Shown: one piece after another, positions 8,910-19,100 of the stretch
How the letters are laid out: each line of letters begins with the position of its first letter
How positions within the stretch are numbered: the stretch's first letter is position 1
From: a virus
Lineage: Duplodnaviria > Caudoviricetes
Direction: 5' to 3' (one strand)
IMG/VR virus record: IMGVR_UViG_3300020352_000786
Location: 1 to 64,000 of that record
DNA length: 64,000 nt
Notes under the pieces: model-generated
Databases searched by the model: none
What the model was told of the DNA's origin: nothing
The model's input: only the letters and a program-made list of their open reading frames with translations
Position numbers and translations under genes: made by a program

Positions 8910-9293
8910 ATGAATTTTAGCCAAAGTTTTGAGGAATTTAGTAGCAGTTTAGGCCCGATGGATTTGGCTTTATATGCTGGCGTAGGCATAGTTTTATGGG
9001 TCTTGTTTAAGGATAAATTAAGTCCAGTTCAAAAAATTGTGCTAGATCTAGTTAATAAGGCAAAGTCTTCTTTAGGTAAGGATGGACAACCCAAAGTATC
9101 CGTACCTTTGCCTGATAGTATGAAAAATGCTCCAGCTAAAACCCAGAATGTATTTTTTGATTTGGTAGTATCCTGGAAACAAACACGAGATTTAGCAGAA
9201 CTTAGCGGCTGTAAAAAAGCTGTTGAAGTAGCTGATCAAATGTTTCCTTACTTAAGTCCAACAATATGTTCGGAGGATAAAGATGCAGAATAA
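8910..9293 (+). CDS. Single-TM hypothetical protein
   Basis: LALYAGVGIVLWVLF hydrophobic segment. Confidence 0.65.
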   Translation: MNFSQSFEEFSSSLGPMDLALYAGVGIVLWVLFKDKLSPVQKIVLDLVNKAKSSLGKDGQPKVSVPLPDSMKNAPAKTQNVFFDLVVSWKQTRDLAELSGCKKAVEVADQMFPYLSPTICSEDKDAE

Positions 9294-9789
9294 ATTATTA
9301 TTATTTGTAGGTGTTGTATTAGTATTTTTTGGCGTATTCAAGCCAGATTTATCTAATTTTTCCTTGCCTGTAGGTGGTAATACCGTATGTGTGACATCTA
9401 ATCATGTTGCAGATGCTCCTGCTAATGAAGCGCTACTAAATAAAGCAAGGGCTATTACAGAAGTATTACTTGCTTCTGATGATTCCACAAGAAAAAGTGA
9501 TTGCATAAAATTATCTTCTTTATACTGCGATATTGCAACATTAATAGAATTAGATAAAACAGATTTAGTAATTGCTGACACATCAACAATCAGAGAAGTA
9601 AATAGTGTTGCTGGTAAGATGTTAAGATTAGATATCAAAGATAAATATCCTAATCTTGCTGAGTTAGCTAAAGATCTTGTTGTAACCAATATCGGTGACG
9701 ACGATGTGATTTTAGACGAAGAACTTAGACTTAAAGCTGTAGAGGCTTTTCGAGCATTAAGCTGGGCATTTTGGGAGGGTAGTAAATAA
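9283..9789 (+). CDS. N-terminally anchored or secreted hypothetical protein
   Basis: MQNKLLLFVGVVLVFFGVF signal/anchor followed by a helical domain. Confidence 0.65.
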   Translation: MQNKLLLFVGVVLVFFGVFKPDLSNFSLPVGGNTVCVTSNHVADAPANEALLNKARAITEVLLASDDSTRKSDCIKLSSLYCDIATLIELDKTDLVIADTSTIREVNSVAGKMLRLDIKDKYPNLAELAKDLVVTNIGDDDVILDEELRLKAVEAFRALSWAFWEGSK

Positions 9790-10715
9790 TGCCAAGAATG
9801 ACTCCAAAAAATTTATATGATGCTTACAGACAAGGATATAATGGATGTCTGTGGGAAGAGCACGTTTTTGTAGAACTAATAGATAGTTCAAAATATGGTT
9901 ATTTTAAAGACGGAGCTAAAAAAATTAAAAATAGTGGAAAAGGGAAACTATCAACTCCTTTTATGTCTGTGTTAAAATTTGATAAAAATGCATATATAGA
10001 GAGACAAACTACAGGAGATTGTGTGTCTCACGCAACTCGGAACGCATGTGACATAACCAGAGCAGTAGAAATTGACATTAAGGGAGACAAAGAAAGTTGG
10101 ATTGCTAGAGGTGCTACTGAAGCTATATATGGATGTAGAGGTCATGGTGGACAAGGAATGAGTTGTAGTCGAGCAGCTACTTTTGTTAGTCAAGCAGGTG
10201 GAATACTGGTTAGAAAAAATTATCCTGGTGTCGCTAACTTTTCTAAATACAATGGTTCTATGGGCGCCAAATGGGGGTCTAGAGGCTTGCCAGATAAAGT
10301 TATAGATAAGGCAGATGATCATCAAGTAAAAACAGTTTCCCTAATCAGAACTGTTGAAGAAGCTAGAGATGCTTTGGCTAATGGGTATGGATTAAGTGTT
10401 TGTAGTAATTATGGATTTTCCAGCAAAAGAGATAGCAAGGGATTCGCTAGAAAAAGTGGGTCCTGGAATCACGCAATGTCCTGGACGGCCTGTGATGATA
10501 CTGGTAAAGAACCTGCTTTTCTTATACAAAACAGCTGGGGCAAATTTAATAGCGGAGGGCATCCAGAATGGGGTCCAATTCCTGATGGTTCTTTTTTAAT
10601 ACATGCTGATGTTGCAGAAGGGATGCTTCGACAAAATGGGGCTTATGCCTTTAGTGATTTTAATGGATTTCCTCCACAGAAACTTCCTGATTATGGCTTC
10701 GGAGATTATTTATGA
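9789..10715 (+). CDS. Papain-like (C1-type) cysteine peptidase
   Basis: Q-x-x-G-D-C-V-S-H (oxyanion Gln and catalytic Cys), WNHAM (His), IQNSWG (Asn). Confidence 0.85.
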   Translation: MPRMTPKNLYDAYRQGYNGCLWEEHVFVELIDSSKYGYFKDGAKKIKNSGKGKLSTPFMSVLKFDKNAYIERQTTGDCVSHATRNACDITRAVEIDIKGDKESWIARGATEAIYGCRGHGGQGMSCSRAATFVSQAGGILVRKNYPGVANFSKYNGSMGAKWGSRGLPDKVIDKADDHQVKTVSLIRTVEEARDALANGYGLSVCSNYGFSSKRDSKGFARKSGSWNHAMSWTACDDTGKEPAFLIQNSWGKFNSGGHPEWGPIPDGSFLIHADVAEGMLRQNGAYAFSDFNGFPPQKLPDYGFGDYL

Positions 10716-10873
10716 GACTACTAGACAAGATTGCACTTAACAGTTTAATTAAAACCATTACTAGTTTTATACTAGCTATATTAAAAATGTTTGCCCCAAG
10801 CAAATCTGACAGCATAACTCCCAGAGAGAGAAAACGTCCTGTACTTGACTTTCTTAAAAAATGGATGAAATAA
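10712..10873 (+). CDS. Small amphipathic 53-aa protein (not in the ORF track)
   Basis: ATGA overlap with the protease stop; MRLLDKIALNSLIKTITSFILAILKMFAPSKSDSITPRERKRPVLDFLKKWMK; ends 4 nt before the next ATG. Confidence 0.65.
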   Translation: MRLLDKIALNSLIKTITSFILAILKMFAPSKSDSITPRERKRPVLDFLKKWMK

Positions 10874-10877
10874 AATT

Positions 10878-11126
10878 ATGAGCAAAATCTTATTTAGTGC
10901 AATTATTAGTTTACCCTTAATGTTTGGTCAGTTTTTATTTACTAATGTATCGGACGCTCCTTCTTATAGTACAACAGCTGTTGTTACCTTGGTTGGGGCA
11001 AAAATAGCTGCACAAAAAGATGTTGTAAAGAAATACAAAAGAAAAGATTGCCCTGTTTGCAAAGGAAAAGGCTGGTACATTAGTGGTGACGGAATAGCTA
11101 AAATAAGCTGTCAATACTGCGAATAA
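10878..11126 (+). CDS. Small exported protein with C-terminal zinc finger
   Basis: Hydrophobic N-terminus; CPVCKGKG..CQYC (DnaJ-type CxxCxGxG half repeat). Confidence 0.65.
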   Translation: MSKILFSAIISLPLMFGQFLFTNVSDAPSYSTTAVVTLVGAKIAAQKDVVKKYKRKDCPVCKGKGWYISGDGIAKISCQYCE

Positions 11127-11129
11127 TAC

Positions 11130-11144
11130 GGTGTATTTAAATTT
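11130..11144 (+). promoter_or_regulatory. GGTGTA putative phage promoter motif (copy 4)
   Basis: GGTGTATTTAAATTT in the gap before the Ig/adhesin cluster. Confidence 0.5.
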
Positions 11145-11183
11145 TGTAAAGCCACATAACCCACATAAAGGACGATCTCTATA

Positions 11184-12227
11184 ATGTCAGATATACAAAA
11201 AATTAATACTGACAAGTCTATAGATAATGGTGGTATTACGGTTAGATATCCATTCGGAGAAGGAGAAGGTCGTGATGCTAAGATATCTAGTCAAAATATC
11301 AAGACTCAAGCAAGTAATTTATTAAATAAGTTTAAACCATTAAGAAGCTTTGAAGCAAAGACATTCTCATCCCTCTATTCTATGTTAACAGACAAAACTT
11401 TGGGAATATATCAATCTGACTTACCGTACCCTAGCACATCTAACTTTACATTAAAATCACAATTAGACTTGGGAATAGGTGTTTTTTCTGTATTTAACGA
11501 GCATTATATTTTTAATTATAACAATTATATATACGTGTGTTGTAATAATAATAATATTAAATATATAGATGCTGATTTTAATATATCTGAAATTGATATT
11601 GGTTACAGGTGGGACCAAATCTTTTTTAAAGACAATGATACTATTTTTACCTTATTAGATAATAAGATTTATCAAATTGATTTAACAAATAATACAAGCT
11701 CTGTTTATGGAACATTAGACAGCGCAATACCATATCCTGTAGACGATATTAAATATGACAACATCAATAACAAATTTATATGTGGGTCAAGCGAAAAAAT
11801 ATTTATTAGCAACAATAGCTTGACCTTGCTCGCTACCTTGAACAATACAGTGCAAACTTTATTCAATAACAAAAACGGCACTTTTATAGCATCTAGACCT
11901 TTAGACGGAAATCATGATGCTCAAGACAATTTTCAAATAGACTTATCAGATAATTCTATCACAACATTAACAGATAACAAAAACTATCATGAATATATAG
12001 ATTTATTTTGTAATAACTACATAAAGTCTACCGACATAACAGATGAATTATATAGCGGTTCTACTTTATTGGGCAGTCTAACTCTGTTTGGAGATGCGTC
12101 TAATGATGTGTTGTCCATAAATCAGGCTACAGACACTATTGTTGTAAGAGAAGCAGACAAAAGAAATGTCTATTCTTTAACAAATGCTCTTAATGGTAAA
12201 CTTTCTAAACTTGTGGAGTTAGATTAA
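11184..12227 (+). CDS. Hypothetical protein, probable beta-rich virion component
   Basis: 347 aa; repeated short hydrophobic strands separated by D/N turns (propeller-like); first gene of the adhesin cluster. Confidence 0.6.
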   Translation: MSDIQKINTDKSIDNGGITVRYPFGEGEGRDAKISSQNIKTQASNLLNKFKPLRSFEAKTFSSLYSMLTDKTLGIYQSDLPYPSTSNFTLKSQLDLGIGVFSVFNEHYIFNYNNYIYVCCNNNNIKYIDADFNISEIDIGYRWDQIFFKDNDTIFTLLDNKIYQIDLTNNTSSVYGTLDSAIPYPVDDIKYDNINNKFICGSSEKIFISNNSLTLLATLNNTVQTLFNNKNGTFIASRPLDGNHDAQDNFQIDLSDNSITTLTDNKNYHEYIDLFCNNYIKSTDITDELYSGSTLLGSLTLFGDASNDVLSINQATDTIVVREADKRNVYSLTNALNGKLSKLVELD

Positions 12228-12820
12228 TGGGTGTACTTGTTGTAGCACAAAGCGGCGTGTCGATCACCCCAACACCAACACCCAACAGGTCTGCAACCCC
12301 TACACCAACACCAAGTGTTACATCTACTCCAATAGTAGTCACTGTCACCCCAACTGCTACTTCTACAGTAACGCCCACTCCTACTATTACCAAAACACCA
12401 ACCCCCACACCAACAACATCTCCTAGACCAATATCTATACTGACCCATCCTGAGTCCCAAACAATAGATATAGAACAAACACAAAGTGTAATGTTGCGTA
12501 CAAGTACAGATAATAATTCTACTCATTATTATTCTTGGCAATACTCTGACAATGGAGGTTCTGACTGGAATTTTATTACAATAAGTGGTTTATCTGTGCC
12601 GTCTAAGAAATCTAATCCAACATCCTACTTATTCTTAAATAATCTCACACCCGCTCAACACAATAATCAATACAGATGTCAAATCACCAATGAAGTATTT
12701 ACTACAGAAACAAACGTGGCAACACTTACCATACTGACAGATATCAATATTACAACACAGCCCACAGGCACTACTATTTCAGGTAGTGGAACAGCAACAT
12801 TTTCTATAGGTGCAGAATAA
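12227..12820 (+). CDS. Pro/Thr-linker plus Ig-like domain protein
   Basis: TPTPTP linker; Ig motifs ILTHPESQT, YSWQYSDNGG, QYRCQITN, VATLTI; ends with the start of a second Ig (ITTQPT..TATFSIGAE). Confidence 0.8.
   Translation: MGVLVVAQSGVSITPTPTPNRSATPTPTPSVTSTPIVVTVTPTATSTVTPTPTITKTPTPTPTTSPRPISILTHPESQTIDIEQTQSVMLRTSTDNNSTHYYSWQYSDNGGSDWNFITISGLSVPSKKSNPTSYLFLNNLTPAQHNNQYRCQITNEVFTTETNVATLTILTDINITTQPTGTTISGSGTATFSIGAE
12266..12424 (+). repeat. Low-complexity Thr/Pro (TP)n linker
   Basis: TPTPTPNRSATPTPTPSVTSTP..TPTPTITKTPTPTPTTSP, encoded by ACN CCN repeats. Confidence 0.85.
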
Positions 12821-15800
12821 TGTCAATTAATTATCAATGGCAAGTATCTAAAGATGGAGGAGATAACTACTCCAATATTAATTATACAGGAACTATTTTA
12901 AACTTAAATAGAATCAAAAGACATCAAGACAATAATCTTTATAGATGTAGAGTCAACAGAGATGGTAGCGCCAAATATAGGTACAGTAATTCCGCTAAAC
13001 TTACAGTCTTTCCAGATATATCTCTTGGCAAATTACCCAGTAACATTTCTATAGACGACGGAAATCTTTCGCTAAGTCCGACAGTTTCTGTAGACAATAG
13101 TGCTACAACTTCTTTTCAATGGCAGTATTCAGATAACGACGGTGATAAGTACTATAACTTACCATCGCAAACAGGATCAGGATTAACTCTTACAGGACTA
13201 TCTTCCGCCAATAAAAATTGGCTATATAAATTAAAAGCAGATAGTTACTATTATTCAGGTATTGTCAACACAGTATTTTCAAACGCTGTCAAGACGAATA
13301 TTGAAACAGATGTTCCAATTATACAAATATGGAGACAACCACAGCATTACTATATAGACACTCAATCTCAAGAAGCGAGAGCAGAATTTGATGTAACTGT
13401 ATCAAGCACAGGATTAGATGCAAATGGTATTCCGACTACTTTTTTCGAGTCAAGCGGAATTAGCTACGCTTGGGAACGAACAATAGATAATATTAATTGG
13501 GAACCTGTTGCTACCCATCCTAGTGGACAAAACAAATTATCTATTTATGATCTAATAAAAGACGAAGAAGCTAGCAGTAAAACAAGTTGGCAGAATTACT
13601 ATCAGACTATTGGAGCTAAATATAGAGTAAACGTATCTAAAGATGGGCATACTGTTATGTCAGAAAGCGCTTCATCATTAGACGGCATTAATCTTCCAGA
13701 AACTACTAATTCTGACTATAGTTCCAAAATATATAGTATGAATCACTTTCATATTAGAACCTGCAAAGGTTTGACCTTGGGTCTTTTTAGTAATTGTCCT
13801 CAAATTCTAGAAAATAAAAATAGAAGAATTAATCTTAAACTTTTAAGCTTAGAATCTAATGGAGACAAATATGACTTAGTTCTAAATATGATCAGAGCCC
13901 CAGAAAATAATGAGACCAAACCTTACAGTATTGCTATAGAAAACGTTTCTTTATTTAAAAACAACATTTTACAACAAAATGCTGTAACAAATTTTAATTC
14001 ATCGGAAAACAAAAAAACACCATTTACTATAAACGAATCCGCCGGAGTGCAATCCTTATCAAATAATATTTCTGCTGCTGGAGCAGGCATAGTTTATGGA
14101 CAAGGCTATTGCATCAATCTGTGCAATCCTTTACACGGCAATAATTTATTGAATGCTAATTATAAAAACTTTATTAGCAATTGTATAGCTAAGTCTAGCA
14201 ATAAACAATATGGTGCTATTAAAGTAGGTTTTACAACTACAGGTAGTTCGTCTGCAGATACTGATTTATTATCTAAACTTCCAACTAAAATAAAAATTCA
14301 AAACGGCAATGACGTCAGTGTAGATCTGAAAATTAGTTATGAAATTATAGGTAGTGCTAGTCCAATATCAAAACTTACATTATCCGATATAGATGTCGTA
14401 ATATTAAATCAAGGATATAATTGGTCTTCTAGACAATTCACCGAAGCAGAGCAGTTAGCTTTAAAATACTATGTAAATGATGGTGGAGGATTAATTACAT
14501 CAGAATGGGTTTTATGGAATGCTTATTACGGGAAATTCAATCATTTAAAAGAAGTATTTGCTGCAGAACCTAATAGATATTACAAGACAGAGAAAGAGGT
14601 TCGATATTATCAATATATTCAAGATAGTATTATCAATAATAACGTTGAAAAAGATTTTAAGTTTGGTCCTGCCAATGTTGCTGGAGGAACAGAAACTACT
14701 CTAGATTCTTTTAAATCTAAAGCACAGATTTTTTATATTAAAGATCCTTTACCTATGGAAATAGGTTTAAGGGAATCAACATTTAATATTTTAGATTTAT
14801 TCTCCTTTACAGCAAAAGAAACCGAAAATACAACATCAGTTTCTTTAGATGGACTTTCAACATTCTTTGAAGGGTCTTTTCATTGGTTAGGAAAAGTAGA
14901 TACAGATATAAAAATTGGAGGTGCTTTATATTGGATTTATAAATCTTTAATAGAGCATTATAGGAAAGCAGAACCTGGTACTACTAAGCCTAATTCAGTT
15001 TGGTCTTTAGGAAGACTGTTAGTTGGAGGCACAACAGATGGTATCAATCCTATATTGAAAGAGTATGATTACGACATATCCGATTTCTTATTTAGTGAAA
15101 GTCAGCTTCCTTCAGCTCAAATTTCTCCAGAACAAGAACTTACTCCTAATGATAATTTTTGGAAAGATTTATCCAAACTTTTAGGAGGCCTCAGACCCGT
15201 TAATAGCTATTATAGAGATCACAGAGAAATTGTTAAAGATAGTATTGCTATAACAAAGCCATTAATAGGAGGAACTACAGCGGTTAAACCTGTATCGGGA
15301 GAATTATCAATGCCTATTTCTGTTGTTAGTTCATCAGATTTGCCTATATCTTTTACTTTGCAAAAAGCTAGCGGAGAATCTTTTGAAGATGCTTTTTCTG
15401 GTACTTTTAATGGTCATTCTATCTATATATCAGGTATTGAATCTTCTGATATTGATGATTTGCTTGATAGAAGAGTTGTATTTAAAACACCATTAAACGA
15501 TGAGGGTGTATCAACTCAATTATTTAGGTTCCAATCTCAGGGGCACGCAGGAATATTACGTCGTCCTCCGTTAAACAACCAAGCATACGTTCAAAAATTA
15601 AATCATAATGGGTCAGGACTGTTTAAAAAAACAATCACTCATACCGGAGTAAATGGTATCACATCAGAAGGACCTTCTATTTCATTAGGGTCTTCTGGTA
15701 ATTTAATTAGTTGGCAATATTCTTATGATGATAAAAATTATTATAATATTCAAAGCGGAGGATCAATATCTGGTACAGATTGCATCTTAACTCTTAATAG

Positions 15801-16194
15801 TGGAGAATATAATAAATTTATTAGATATAAAGCCTACCCTCTTCGTAATAATATAACTTCGGACAATGTAACACCAACCATTAATTCTATTGCATATAGT
15901 TCTTCCAATCTTTATGATCCACAAAATGATATATTTTTAGATAGACAATACAATAATTATTATACAAGTGGAGGTGTATACTATTGCGATCTATATGTGT
16001 CTGTAGAAAATACTAATGATACTTTTACTTTAGAAGATATTACTTGGGAACAGTATAGTTCTACTACAAATACATATAGCAGTGTCCCTAACACTTCAGG
16101 TCATAATGTATTAGTGGCCAGTGGAGTAAAAGTTGCTTTATTGGATAATTATAAGTTTAGAGCTAAAATAAACAACAGGATTTTTTACACATGA
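12820..16194 (+). CDS. Large multi-Ig-like-domain virion/adhesin protein
   Basis: Repeated Ig motifs YQWQVSKDGG..YRCRV, FQWQYSDNDG..YKLKA, SYAWERT..YRVNV, SWQYSYD; central DVVILNQG..ALKYYVNDGGGLIT segment. Confidence 0.75.
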   Translation: MSINYQWQVSKDGGDNYSNINYTGTILNLNRIKRHQDNNLYRCRVNRDGSAKYRYSNSAKLTVFPDISLGKLPSNISIDDGNLSLSPTVSVDNSATTSFQWQYSDNDGDKYYNLPSQTGSGLTLTGLSSANKNWLYKLKADSYYYSGIVNTVFSNAVKTNIETDVPIIQIWRQPQHYYIDTQSQEARAEFDVTVSSTGLDANGIPTTFFESSGISYAWERTIDNINWEPVATHPSGQNKLSIYDLIKDEEASSKTSWQNYYQTIGAKYRVNVSKDGHTVMSESASSLDGINLPETTNSDYSSKIYSMNHFHIRTCKGLTLGLFSNCPQILENKNRRINLKLLSLESNGDKYDLVLNMIRAPENNETKPYSIAIENVSLFKNNILQQNAVTNFNSSENKKTPFTINESAGVQSLSNNISAAGAGIVYGQGYCINLCNPLHGNNLLNANYKNFISNCIAKSSNKQYGAIKVGFTTTGSSSADTDLLSKLPTKIKIQNGNDVSVDLKISYEIIGSASPISKLTLSDIDVVILNQGYNWSSRQFTEAEQLALKYYVNDGGGLITSEWVLWNAYYGKFNHLKEVFAAEPNRYYKTEKEVRYYQYIQDSIINNNVEKDFKFGPANVAGGTETTLDSFKSKAQIFYIKDPLPMEIGLRESTFNILDLFSFTAKETENTTSVSLDGLSTFFEGSFHWLGKVDTDIKIGGALYWIYKSLIEHYRKAEPGTTKPNSVWSLGRLLVGGTTDGINPILKEYDYDISDFLFSESQLPSAQISPEQELTPNDNFWKDLSKLLGGLRPVNSYYRDHREIVKDSIAITKPLIGGTTAVKPVSGELSMPISVVSSSDLPISFTLQKASGESFEDAFSGTFNGHSIYISGIESSDIDDLLDRRVVFKTPLNDEGVSTQLFRFQSQGHAGILRRPPLNNQAYVQKLNHNGSGLFKKTITHTGVNGITSEGPSISLGSSGNLISWQYSYDDKNYYNIQSGGSISGTDCILTLNSGEYNKFIRYKAYPLRNNITSDNVTPTINSIAYSSSNLYDPQNDIFLDRQYNNYYTSGGVYYCDLYVSVENTNDTFTLEDITWEQYSSTTNTYSSVPNTSGHNVLVASGVKVALLDNYKFRAKINNRIFYT

Positions 16195-19100
16195 GTTCTT
16201 ATAATACTTTATACATAGATATAAAACAATCTCCTAGCCTTTTAGCTTCTGTAGAGAACGTTAAGCTTTCATCTGATATATATTATTTAAATGCTGATCG
16301 TCAACAGTTTTTATTAAATACTGCTGATGGAACGGTTAGCTACTCTTGGCTTTATTCTGCTGATGGTGGACAAACATTTAAAACTTTAAATCAAAATAGT
16401 CCTAGTTTGTCACTAGACGTAAACACATTAAATATTCAATACATATATAAATTAAAAGTATCCATAGACAGAAATCCTTCTTCTTTGCTAAGTAATAGCT
16501 CTGATATTAAAAATATTATTTCTAATACTAGCAACAATATTATTTTAACTAATCAAACCGATGATGATTCTGAAGTATTGTATAGCGAAGCAATAACTAT
16601 TAATCATAATCTAGATTTAGAAGATATTATTGTAGATATGGCTTTAAACGATATTATAGAACAACTTGGCAACGAAATTAATTTTAATAATCAAGTAGAC
16701 AACCTAGAGCTAAATGTAGAATATGAAGAATCTATAGAAGATACAGAAACTATAGAATCTGTTACTATCGGAGCAGATAGCCCTACAGGTGGTGCTGGTT
16801 TTCTGACAACTACATGCTATGAGCGACGAGTGAACTATTTTTGCGGTGTCAAGATTGATTACTGTGTTAAATCAGAAGAATTTATTTTCCCCGGCAGTAA
16901 CTTTGTTTGTGATGGAGCAGAAATTTGTGTAGGAAAGTGTGTCGTAGAAGATCAAGCTCTACTTAAAATTAACACGCCCGTTGGAGAATGGTATAATACC
17001 AAAATAGGAAATGGTCAATTTAGATGGTGTGTAGGAGGTGTTCAAACTGTACCCCCTATTGATTCGGTAAGTAGATCAACTGACTACGCTAATTGCGCAG
17101 ACCCTATAGATCACCCTGAGAGAGGTAAGGCACTGAAGTGCTATGATCCTGAAAGTAAAACCGATTGGTACACGTGGTTCTTTGACTTACATTGGAAAGA
17201 TTGCGCCCCAGTGAGACCCAGCAAGAGGGGAGCAAAAGGTGCTGATGGGGGAGGTTGTCCTGGAAGAACCTATAATATAATTAAGAAATGGTGCAATCCA
17301 TCGAGTTGTCCAGGAGAGCACGAGTACCAATATAAATACAATCCATTCCTTAACCCCTCAGCAACTGAAAAACAATTTAGATGTAAGCCAAATAAATACG
17401 TGTACCAAGGAGGCTGCTCCTGTGAAGATAAAAATGGGAACACATCTGTTGAGTACGGAGGAGGTTGTGCTGGTCCGGCTTGTACGTCTGTAGCTGGTCC
17501 GACAAATATACAATATGTTGGAGCGATTACCGTTAACGTTTTCGCAGATCCAGATGGCACGCTACGCGCTGAATTTTCCGGCAGACCTAAATTAGAATCA
17601 AACAAGAAATACACACTACACCTTCGTGATGGTTCAGCAGGTAATCATAATCTAGATAATATATTCAAATTCACAACACCATATCTTGACCCAGATTCAG
17701 ACCTTTGTGATATACACGATTTAAATATAGGAAGCGACCTTTGGGGTCCTTGTATAAATCAAGCATTATGTTATCAAGAAGAAGATATTGACCCTAGCTT
17801 CAAATGTTTTTCTGGTGACGCCATATACAAAGTCAAAACAGCTGGAAACAAAAGCTACAGTTGCGCAGAGCATTGTGAAAACGACGACATTCCTAGGATT
17901 GATGCTCCTATATATTCAATTTATATCCCTACAACTAGACCAAGTTCTTCAGAAGGTCTGATGACACTAAGCAAGGCACAAAAATATGTAAAAGATGCTG
18001 CTGGTCCTAATGATCCGTATTGGATTAGACAAGACGGGATCAGACCTGCTGGAGGAAGATCAAAATGTGAATATTATTGTCAAGCAACTCGTAAGAAAAA
18101 AAGCTATAGCATCGCTACTACAGCAGGGACTACTATAGGAAAGCCAAGTCTCAATCAGCCTTGTAAAGCCTGTGACTGTGAAACAAATGCTGATTGTGGG
18201 GGCTGCGGGGTCTGTTCTAATGGTCGATGCATAGATTATCCGAGTACACACAAACTTGCTGGCCGTCATCCTTGTGCTTCAATCCCAGGATCTGTTTGTT
18301 GTACAAGTGTTACTCGTGATATAGGAGAAAAAACAGGATATAAAAAAACTGTGACATGCGCCGATCCCTACTTTTGTCAAGAGTGTATAGCTGTTGAAAG
18401 CGATAACTCTGGCGATCCTAGTGGGACTACTGCTGGACTTCCTTATAATTCTAATGATCCTACTGTAGCGTGTTGTGCTGGAGTTAAATATGATCCTAGA
18501 TGTAAACAATGTGAAGAAGGTACGATAACCGACACATGCATACCTCCAAAAGTATGTACTAAGTCAGGAACAGATACTTGGGACGACGGCTCTGATCCAT
18601 TTTCTCCAAATCTAATTGAATACGACACGTTTTCATGTATAATACCTCCTTGTCCTCATTGTTCATTTGAAGCTGATGATTATGAGCAGACAGGTAATTG
18701 TATCCCTTATAACGGAAGTGTCAATGCAATATTGTCATGCCAGGAGTGTGAAGTTATATCTAATCCTTTTTATCCTGCTTTGAGTGACGAACCATATATG
18801 CCATTTTTTACCTCTACTTTAGATGAGGGAGAAGAATGTTGTCAAACTGGTGAAACCACAGCGGCTCCGTCAAAAAAATGTTGTAGTGATGGACCTGGAG
18901 ATTACTCCTATAGTTGCGGAGAAGATCAAAAGTGTTGTAATGGAACCTGTTTAAATGAAGGGGAGTGCTGTGGAGAATCTGGGGCAGAACCTGCTCCAGT
19001 ATGTCAGAACTGTGAAGGTGAACCCGCATGTCCTGCAGGAACAACATGCTGCACAGGAACAGATCAAAACCCTCCATATGGCGTAATATTTCTTGGATGC

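Noticed and set aside
11151-11168. Direct repeat CCACATAA x2 upstream of ORF 11184
   Set aside because: 8-bp pair with no further copies seen; too weak to call an operator
12205-12541. Antisense ORFs (Val/Gly-rich 67 aa; Cys/Trp-rich 105 aa)
   Set aside because: Shadows of the ACN-CCN codons of the Thr/Pro linker; no RBS or independent support
12787-12822. The -1 frame just before ATG 12820 reads WNSNIFYRCRIM, echoing the Ig YRC motif
   Set aside because: Bounded by TAG at 12784 and out of order for an Ig fold; the 0 frame already gives the expected TATFSI strand, so this is probably coincidence
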